The notes below the pieces were generated by a model. It ran no database searches. It saw nothing but the letters and a program-made list of their open reading frames with translations, and was not told where the DNA came from. Shown piece after piece: positions 54,501 through 64,000 of a stretch of 64,000 bases of DNA. Source of the stretch: Vicugna vicugna. Lineage: Eukaryota. The first letter of the stretch is position 1; each line of letters starts with the position of its first letter. The stretch is from contig MU058432.1 of NCBI GenBank assembly GCA_013265495.1, positions 13,985 to 77,984 of the forward strand, written 5' to 3'. The position numbers and the translations under genes are program-made.

Positions 54501-57500
54501 GACTGTGTCTTGAAATGGACATACTCTGAGGCCTCCAGGCTGGTCCTCAGTTTTCTGAGAGCTCCAGGGTCCCAGGGGCAGGAAGGAGTGGAGGAGGGCA
54601 GTACTAGGAGGGGCCTGGTTCTCCTCCCCTGTGACTTCTCGGGCCTCTTTGTGATGGTCACGTTCTTTCCCCAAGTAAGTGGATGCGTCCACTGACCTCC
54701 TCCTCCTCACACTCTTCAGGGTGACTTTGTGACTTCTGCCAAAGTGTCAGTTTAGCTTTTGCAGGGCGGTTGTTTTTACCTTATTTCTGCGTCTTCGGGT
54801 CATGGATCTCACCCTGGCCCTGCTGACTGACTGTGGGCTTGAGTTTTGTGTTTGTTTTTTTAATTGAGGTATAGTTGATTTACAGTATTACCTAAGTTGT
54901 TTCAGGTGTACAATGTAGTGGTTCACAGTTTTTAAAGATGATACTCCGTTTTGGGCGTGAGTATTTTAGTGGCCTGCCCGAGGTGGGCAGGAGCGTCTCT
55001 AGCCTGAGCATCCATGCCTTTGGCTCCATGGCCTGGTGTCCTGGGAATGTGCCTGGTCTGCTCCGGGAAGGTCACTCTCCCTGCTGGCTGCAGGCTTTCT
55101 GATGGATGATGCACGCTGACTCAGACCTCATCCTCCTCGCATTCCATCTCAGCCAGATGCCAGGAGTCCCTGGTGGAGCAGACCAAATGGAATGTGGCAC
55201 CAACAGCCTAGAACAGAGCCCCGGGTGCTTGCTGGCTTCCTGCTCTGCTTTGTCCTGGGTCTGCCCCAGCCTGGCTGCTCCCACCCTGGCCTCCAGCCTG
55301 CTCTGCTCGCCCGTCTCCTTGTCTTGTTAGAAAGAGCTTTGTGACTCTGAAGGGGCAGACCTCAGAGTCAACAAAAGGCTTTTTTTCATTGCTGGAGGTG
55401 CTTCGCAGGTATGAGTTTCTGTATGGAAAGATGTGCCTGCTTCTGTGGGCCCACAGCCAGAGCCTTTCACATTCATTTTCCAGTGAGGATGACTTGCATC
55501 GAGCTGTTCACTCCTCTAATGATCTTGTCAGGGTCTGGGAGCCCTTTGGGCTGTGGAACCAAGTGGGCTCCAGGCTTGGACCTTGGTTCACCCACAGGAA
55601 TACTGCAGCGTGCCCTCCGCCCACCTCCTTCTCTTCTCCCCCACAATTAGTGCTTTCCTACCAGGGCTGTGGTTCTCCTCGATGGTGGTACTGATGTCTT
55701 TGAGACAGCCATTCACGGGCATCCTTAGTCCTAGGAGGGTGGTCACCAGTATCAGGAGGGCCAGATAAAAGGTCAGGTCCTAGATCCAGTCCCACTTCTG
55801 TCTCTGATTCCCTGTCTTACTGTTTCCTGTCTGTCAAATGTGAATAAGCTGAGAAAGAATATTCCATTGGGAGCTGCTGAAAGGACTGGTCACCTCCTCT
55901 CTTTGATTGTCTGAAACCCCCTGTGAGCCAAGTTCAGCCCCAGAAGGCTGGGCCCACAGAGGGAGGACTGCCCCTCACCCTGACAGGAATTGCTTTTTCT
56001 GAGGGCCCTTTGTGGCGATCTCATCAGATGAAGGTGACATCCTTGTTAGGACAGCACTGTGAAACGCAGCGCTTTGTGTGTTGGGGGGTGTTGGCACTGC
56101 CCTCGGGCTTCCTCTGGCGTCTTCTGAGCCTTGGAGGCTGCTCGTGGTTCCACAGTGGCTTGCTGTTGCTTTATGAGCACTGGGTTGTGTGGGTTGTGTG
56201 GCTGATCACATTGCCCATGTGCAGCAACTTGCCTGCACTTAAGTATTTTTTTTTAAATTGAGGTATAGTTAATTTATGTTATTACGTGAGTTTTGGAAGC
56301 CACACGCCACTGTCCCAAGTTGAGGTGTGCCCTAAAGTCAGATGCACGTGGGATTTCAAAGGCATAGTTAAAAAAAAAGAATGTAGAAATGTTGGTCGTA
56401 ATTATTTTATGTTGCTATAACATGTTGAAATTACGATATTTTGGATATATTGGGTTAAATAAAATGTGTTATTGCAGGCTCATCTCTTTGGTTTTGCTTT
56501 TTTAAAAAAAATATGGCATCTAGAGAACTACAGATTCCATAGGAGGCTCATAATATATTTCTGTTGGACAGCTCTGCTCTGGCAAGTTGAGAGCCACATT
56601 TGTGGCCCTCCCTGAGGCAGTGTCTGCACTGCTGTGGTATGTGTATTCTCCTGTCTTTCTTCCTGGTTTTGTTATTTGTTTCTTCCATTGTGTTCCACCT
56701 CTTACTGTAATTAGGGTGAATAACTTGGTTTTTTGGATCCTTACTTGCTGACTCAGATCTTTTAGAGCTTGAACTGGGATACAGAAAGAAAAAAATGACT
56801 GAAGGGGGATCAGACACCGGGTGGTTGGGAGGGCCAGATGCCGTGTGCGGGAGCAGTGTGGCCCACTGCCAAGTGCAGGTCGCGCCTGGGCCAGGGGCAG
56901 CAGGCAGACAGACACCAGGCTGGCTGCCGCTGGCCTGTGCGTGGGCTGCAGGGCTCCGGGAGGGGAATCCTGTAGCTGGGCACTGGGCGTTTCTCTGTGC
57001 ATTGCTCCTCCTCAGGATTGTCCTCGGCTCCCTGGCCTCCAGGAACTTGACCGAGGGGAGGGGAAGGGAGGCGATTCAAGGCTGTGCCCTCCCTGCCCTC
57101 TGCCTTGACACTGAAGGGCCCTGGGAGATTCTGTCGCTGCTTTTGCCAGCCCTGGGGCCGCTGGGGCCCTCAGGCCAGCACGCCTGGTGACTTCCTCCTG
57201 AGGCTCTCCCTCCCTCCCACAGGATCTGCTGTGTGGGGACCTGGGGTCGCTGTCACCACTGCCCAAGCAGGCCTGGAGGCTCTAATCTTAACCTGAATTG
57301 TCCACACAGTCCTGATGATTCTGCGTCCTGTATTTCCCTGGGATCTGCCCTCCCCTCTCCCACCTACAGATGGCCTCCACTTTTGTCTCCCTGTCTCCTT
57401 GTCTCCAAGCTTTCTCTGCATGGCCCAGATCGGCCTTCCTAAAGCGCAGACCAGGTGGCACCCGGCTCTGAGGGGTTCCCTCTGCCACTGGGACAAGCCC

Positions 57501-60500
57501 TAGTATCCTCTCCCCTGTGCCTCAGCCTCTCCGGCTGCTCACCTCACAGCCTGCCTGCCTGAGCACCTTCTCTCCTGTTGATCCCCAGTTCCTGCCATGC
57601 CCACCCCTCACATGGTCCTTCACGCCCCGGAGGGCCTGTGGCTGCGAGCTGCCACCTCTCTGTGTTCTGAATTCTCAGGCCTCATGGTGCTGAGCTGTGC
57701 TAAGTGTGTGGTACATGTGTGCTGAGCGGGGTCTTGTCCTCTCTGGGTCAGAGACTTCGGTCTGAGGAGACTCCTGGCTGGGGAGTGAGGAGGAGGTGGT
57801 GCAGTCTGATGGAGAGACACAGGCTTGTTGCCACTTCACTACATGTGTACGTGTGTTCACTGTCTGAACCTCAGTCTTCTTATCTTTAAAATGGGGGCTT
57901 TTACTTCCTGATACAGAGGTGGAGTTGTGAGGATCACAGGAGGCTGTATCTTAGGTCTCTGACAAGGAGGCACTTGACAGTGACCTTCTCCCCTGTCTGT
58001 CCCCCTCCCTGGTCAGCTGGGCCTTCTGTCTGTGCACTGTGCTCCTACCCCGCCTGGTTCGTGGGAGGCTGCTTACCTCCACCTGCTCTAACTTGCTGCC
58101 CCTCTCTGTGGCAGGAGGAGCTGGAGCATCTGAACCAGGCCAGTGAGGAGATCAACCAGGTGGAGCTGCAGCTGGATGTGAGTGCTGGCTCCTTTTCTTC
58201 ATCCCTTGGGTTGGCTCTGGAGTTCATATGCCTCCTCTTCCTGTCCAGCAGCTGGGGAAGGGGCGTATATGAGAGATAAGAGGGGCTGGGACCCACATGC
58301 GTGATCCCCTCTGCCCACATCCCTCTCCTTGTGCCAGGAGGCCAGGACCACCTACCGGAGGATCCTGCAGGAGTCGGCGAGGAAGCTCAACACACAGGGC
58401 TCCCACCTGGGGAGCTGCATCGAGAAGGCCCGGCCTTACTACGAGGCTCGGCGGCTGGCTAAGGAGGTACTTACTGCCCGCTGACCCACCTCCCGGGGGG
58501 CTGCGTGCAGAGCCGGGCCCCACACCCTAATCTCTGTGTGGGGTGTGAGACGGAACACCTTTTCTAATGTCTTTTCTCCCTTCTCTTCCCTGTGGTTCAT
58601 GTATCTATTCTCTTGGCTTACCTCTCCACTCCTTGACCCTTCCTCCTTAATTGTTTTCTTTACACAAGTGATGTCAGTTCACTGTTGCAAGACTGTAACT
58701 GTAACCTGTAACTATAAAACAAGAGAACCAGAATCTCCCCAAATCCTGCTATGTCTATGCTTCATGATTTTTGTACCTGGGACTTGTGTTAGTCAAGTAT
58801 GGTGAGGCGGCAGACACAGACAACTGCTTTGAAAGAAGAGCCTATTACTTACATCTCCTAAGGAGAAAGGACAGTCCGCATCGTGCAGGGCTGCGTGGGG
58901 AAGCGCCTGGGCCGGCGAGGAGGCAGCAAGCCTGCGGGGAACGCTCGGCCCAGAGCTTTTATCGTAGACCTTTACTGTGGTTGGTTTCCACGGGAAGGAA
59001 TGGGTAAAGCAGTGTAGGCTAGTTTGAAACTAGTGGGCTCTGGGCTAGAGGGATGTTCTCTCCAGTTTTCTGGTACGTGGCCCTCTGGTGATTTAGGGCA
59101 GGGGAAACACGGGCTTGCTGTGTGAGTGTTAGATAAAAGCGGCTGCAAGCGAAGGTCTCCAGAAGACCAAAGAATACAGGAAACACTCAAAATGCCTTGA
59201 ACTTGACAAGCTTGTTCCTGGGTGTATTTGCCTCGCCCACTCTTCCCCTTGGCCTGAAACTCGCATCCTTGGTGTGGGCTTTGGATTGGTTGATTTGCAC
59301 ATGAAAGGTTTGCTAGCAGGAGTTCACCGTCTCTGGGAGTTAGCTCGCCCTCGGAGGACCAGCATGGCTTCCAAGGTGTCAAAGCATCATCAAATATAGA
59401 AAGTAAAAAATGTGGTTAATACAGCACAGATAACCCCTTAACTTTTTTTTTTTGGTATATATTTCTGCGAAAACAGGATAACATGCACTATTTTTATTCC
59501 TTTATTTTCCTTACGACGTGGTTTCATGTCAGTCAGTATCATCCATGCCATTATTTTTAAGGGCTGTTTAATATTTCCTTATATTAGGTGTATTGTTATT
59601 TTTTTAGCCAGTTCTCTGTAACTGAGAACTCAAGTTGGTGAGTTTCATTCACTTACCTGCTGGACTGGAGTGGATTGTATCAATCAGCAACTAAGCACCT
59701 TCCCGCTGAAGTGGTGTGGATTTTTCTTCTCTCCAGGGCAAAAGGCCAGCAGCCTTTGATGGTGCTGGATTTTACACACTCAGCCTCCTTTGGCAGTACC
59801 CTTCTCTATGTACCCGTATCTCTTCTCTTAGCTATATCCTTACAAAATATTCTTTGTAGAGTTTTACTTTCTTGGCACTTATGCTTGGTGCAGTTTGGGA
59901 AGTAAAGCCAGCGTTGCAGTGGGCCTTCCTCCTTCTCTTGTCCTTGCCCAGGGTTGGTCTCCATAGGCAGTCAGGGGTCTCTTGTGGGGCTCCCTGTCCT
60001 GACGACCCTTTTCCCCTAGGCCCAGCAGGAGACACAGAAGGCAGCGCTGCGGTACGAGCGGGCCGTGAGCATGCACAACGCTGCCCGGGAGATGGTGTTT
60101 GTGGCCGAGCAGGGTGTCATGGCTGACAAGAACCGGCTGGACCCCACGTGGCAGGAGATGCTCAACCACGCCACCTGCAAGGTGAGCTAGGCAGTGCCAG
60201 CGGGTCCCCTCTGCTGGTTCCGGCACTTTCTTTGTCATCCCTTCATCTTTTCTCACTCTCTCCTGCAGCCTTCCCTCAGCTTTGATTCGGTTTTAGGGAA
60301 AACCTGTTAGCTCTTTGCCCATTTTTGGCGTCCAGTGTGTCCCATGTACATTTCCTTCTGACTTAGGATGTCTTTCTGGGCTCTTCTTGAACCTTTGCTT
60401 CCAGATGTGGGACTAACCCAGCGGTTCATTCCTACTGAATGCTCTGGATTCAGTGCCTTTGTTACGTTTAGCTGTGACCCGTCACTTCTGTTTTTCAGAA

Positions 60501-62848
60501 TGTTCTCCCTTTCTCGCTTCTGAGCTCTTCCGTTAGACCTTGATTTTTGAAGTGTAACTTGTATATCACTTCCGAGCTGCCCTGTGGGGGACCAGGGAGC
60601 AGGAGGGCCCTTGGCATCCGCTCCAGCCTGCCACCTTCACCTCGTAAAGGGCAAGTGTCTTAGTCTTTTAGGGCCGTCACAACCCCACAGTGAGGCTGGG
60701 CAGCTTACACCACACACGTCCATGTCTCTAACGTCAAGGCATAGGCAGATGTGGCGTCTGCTGAGGGCTTGCCTCCCGGCTCCTAGACAGCCAGCTGTCT
60801 GGTCACTGTCTTCCCACATGGCTGACGGGGCTAGGGAGCTCTCCAGGGGCTCTTTCATAAGGAAACTAATTCTATTCGTGAGCTTTCTCCCCTCATGACC
60901 CCATCACGTCTCAGAGGGCCCACCTCCACTGCCATCACCTCAGGGGTTAGGATTTCCATGCTAGAATTTTGGGGGCCACAGGCGTTCAGTCCTTGGCAGT
61001 AAGTGTCAGCCTCTGAGGAGTGGTCCTGTCTCAAGGCTCTTTGTGTGCCCCTTAGTTCAGGCCCATGGCCTTGCCCAAAGCAGGAGCTCCGCTTCCACTT
61101 GGAGCTCGCACAGAGGGACGACACAGCACTGGGGGAGGGGTTGTCCAGGCTGCGTGGGGCAGGATGTGGTGCGGCTCTAGCGCGCATCTGCCCAGGGTAT
61201 GGTGAGGCCAGCTCCTTGGTCCTGGTGGATGTGGTGGCTGGAGCCTTTGCCTGCTGCCTGCTCAGGCACGGACGTCTGGAGAACGCAGTGCTGAGCGGTG
61301 GCTCCCCTCAGGGAGGCTCTCCCCTTCCCCCAGCCCCAGCCCCCAGCACTGAGGGAACTCTGAGGACCGTGGCTGTGGCACGGGTGCTCACAGACGGACA
61401 TTCCCTACACGCTCACGAGTGGTCCAGAGGGCCCCCGCACCTCCTGGTGGCAGTAAGGCTGAGAGGTGGGTGGTGCAGGTAACAACAGGCAGGTATAAGA
61501 ACTCACTGTTCTCTTTTGTGTCTCGGGAGCTCGCTGCCCTCTCCGGGCTCTGCAGACAGTGGGGGATTCCTGCCAATGTAACATTCGGAGTGGCAGCCTG
61601 GGACAGACTATAGGGGCTGGAGTGTGGGTCCGAGCTCAGTGATGTGAGTCCTCTACCCTAACTGGGCCAGGTGAACGAAGCAGAGGAGGAGCGGCTTCGT
61701 GGTGAGCGGGAGCACCAGCGGGTGACGCGGCTGTGTCAGCAGGCTGAGGCCCGGGTTCAGGCCCTGCAGAAGACCCTCCGGCGCGCCATTGGCAAGAGCC
61801 GCCCCTACTTTGAGCTCAAGGCCCAGTTCAGCCAGATCCTGGAGGTAGCTGAGTGGGGGCAGAGGGTTGGGTGGACAGCTGGGGAGGGGCAAGCATAGAA
61901 AGGGAGGCACGGGTCTGCTGCTCTGGGCTATGCCCCAGGCCAGTGTGGTGGGGCGGGTGGTGGCGCAAGAGCTCAGAATGACCCTGCGGGAGTGGGATGT
62001 GGGATGATGGGGAGGGTGGATGCTGGCGGAGAAGGGAAGTAAAGGGGAAGAAGTGAGAATTGGGGGGGAACAGGGAAGAGGAAAAGGAACAGTGGGGAGA
62101 GGAGGGGGAGTGGGTGGGAATGAAGACCTGGGAAGAAGGCCCTGGAAGGTCAGGCAGGAGCAGGGCAGGTCGGTGGGGAAGGAGGACCTGAGAAGGAGGA
62201 GTGAAGAGGGACTGGGTGTGGCCTTTGGAGCCCTGCGGATTGGTGACTGGTGGTGCGCAGGGTCGGGCCGGACCTGGCAGAGGCGCAGGATGCTGAGTGC
62301 AGCTGCCAGGACTCGGCATCCCTGGGGGCCTCGGAGAGTTGTCCAGAAGATTCCCCCCTCTGTCCCTCCCTCTGCAGGAGCACAAGGCCAAGGTGACAGA
62401 GCTGGAGCAGCAGGTGGCCCAGGCTAAGACCCGCTACTCCGTCGCCCTGCGCAACCTGGAGCAGATCAGCGAGCAGATTCATGCGCGGCGTCGGGGCCAG
62501 CCCGCGCATCCCGCGGGCCAGCGGCGCTCCTCCCCCGTCGGGGCCGAGGCCGGGCCCGATGCTGGCGAGGATGGGGACAGCGGGATCATCGAGGGGGCCG
62601 AGGGCGGGGGTTTGGAGGAGGGCGTCAGCCTGGGGCCTGGGCCTGCGCGCGACACGGACACTCTGAGCCTGCTGAGCCTGCGCACGGTGGCCTCGGACCT
62701 GCAGAAGTGCGACTCGGTAGAGCACCTGCGGGGCCTCTCCGACCACACCAGTCTGGACGGCCAGGAGCTGGGTTCCCGGGGCGGGGGTCGCCGGGGCAGT
62801 GACGGCGCAGGCCGCGGGGGCCGTCACCAGCGCAGTGTCAGCCTGTAG
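51574..62848 (+). CDS. SH3BP5L: SH3 domain-binding protein 5-like (393 aa); coding exons 51574-51756, 58115-58177, 58338-58466, 60020-60181, 61671-61844, 62378-62848
   Basis: Spliced translation MAELRQVPGGRETPQGEL...DPRIQ|EELEHLNQASEEINQVELQLD|EARTTY...|AQQETQKAALRYERA...|VNEAEEER...|EHKAKV...RHQRSVSL*; all introns are GT-AG and phase 0. Confidence 0.97.
52085..52285 (+). mobile_element. LINE-1 3'UTR fragment with poly(A)
   Basis: ctactgtatagcacagggaacta...tacaccagaaattgacacaacattgtaaattgattatacttaaataaaaa; same family as 16055-16311. Confidence 0.8.
58785..59420. mobile_element. Probable endogenous-retrovirus LTR in an SH3BP5L intron (family uncertain)
   Basis: tgttagtcaagtatggtgagg...gagcttttat...tggtttccacgggaaggaatgggtaa...ggttaataca; LTR-like TG...CA span. 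Confidence 0.45.
60680..61000. mobile_element. MaLR (MLT1A-like) LTR relic
   Basis: ggggctctttcataaggaaactaattctattc...ctcatgacc...ggggttaggatttccatgctagaattttggggg. Confidence 0.6.
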
Positions 62849-64000
62849 CCCCCCACCCCGCTCAGGGTGGCTGGTGCGACTCTTACCACCACTGGCCCGG
62901 GGAGGGCCCTCAGGCTCCCAGCTCCCCCTCAGAGGGGTCGGCGTGGCTCTTCGTGTCTGGCTTTCCCGCGGGTGGCCCCTCTCTTTGCCTTACCCCCTCG
63001 GAAGGCTTGTCTTTGGCTCTCTCCTCCTGCTGGCTCCTCACTGTCTGTGTGATCCCCTTTGCTGTCCCCTTCTGACTTCTTCCATCTGTCTGGATTTTCC
63101 CCCCTCAGGGAAATTTATCTAGAAGGCACAGGGAAGCCATCAGAGAAGGTGGGTGCTGGACCCGAGTCCCCACATCTTGGTTCCCCAGCTTTCAGTGAAC
63201 GGACAGGTGCCCCTCCCACCTCCCCATCTCCCAGGTGGGCCCTACGGATGCTGCTGAGCTCTCCTGGCAGCCCGCTGTCCTGGTCCTGTCCCAGCCTGCC
63301 TGTGTGTAACATGTAAGATGTGCTGTGGGACTCTCTGCCTCTGGGAGACACCACTGGTCCCTTCAGCGCTCCCTCCTCGTGACCTAAGCTGCTTTGCTGT
63401 GTGTGCCTCAGAGCAGGACTTGAGGGGTACTGGGGTCAGGGAAGGTGAAACCAACCCCAGTGTCAACACAGGGGACTCCCGTGTGCATCGCGTTTCTAGG
63501 CTGGGCCCTTAACATTGCCAAGGTGCTAGCAGGTCCGTGTTATGGGGTGGGGACGTAGTGAAGTCCCGGTGGCTGAAACCCTTGCCAGTCCTGCTGCGGG
63601 GTTAGGTTTATTTACTTTTTCTGGGTAGAGGATGCAGAGCCAAATCTCAGCACCCTCCTACAGGGTTGGAGTTAGGGAATTTGGTGCTCAATTGCTCTCC
63701 ATTGCTCTTCCCCAAACCAAACAATACCTAGTCCAGGATCCCTTAAGGGGGAATGCTCAGGTTTGGCTGTAGATCCTCTGCTGATATGGGGAGGGGCTGG
63801 CCTGGGGTGAGGGGGCTCGCCCTCCGTGGGGAGCAGCTCCACGTGTCTGGCGGTGCTCCCACGCTGTGTATGGGGAAAGGTGGGGAGCTACACTGGATCT
63901 GGGTGCCTTTGGAGGACTGATCCTGTCCCACGCCGGGAGGGCTGAGAGCTGGACTCTGGGCAGGAGACCTTGTGCCTAGGCCTATGAGCTGCTGCCACTG

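Overview
Mammalian genomic DNA, most likely a camelid (tRNA-Ala-derived Vic-1-type SINEs and camelid-style L1 3' ends; inferred from memory, not from a search). Gene content left to right: last two coding exons of JMJD4 (+); an accessory interval at about 2-13 kb; tRNA-Glu(CTC) and intron-containing tRNA-Leu(CAA) (both -); a 3'-truncated 7SK retrocopy (-); an intronless, highly divergent histone H2B-like ORF with its own TATA/CCAAT CpG-island promoter (-); then complete coding regions of ZNF692 (+, 11 coding exons, one GC-AG intron), ZNF672 (-, one coding exon) and SH3BP5L (+, 6 coding exons). The accessory interval holds an old ~30-35 bp degenerate repeat, a decayed RALGDS-like pseudogene with an expanded Ala/Pro/Glu/Leu linker, and a ~4.3 kb array of roughly 70 degenerate 58-bp units. 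The reconstructed core of that unit is the rDNA Pol I terminator Sal box (GGGTCGACCAG). The two most interesting observations are this orphan Sal-box array and the autosomal H2B.W-like variant. Repeat family names and cross-species comparisons come from recalled sequences and need confirming by search.
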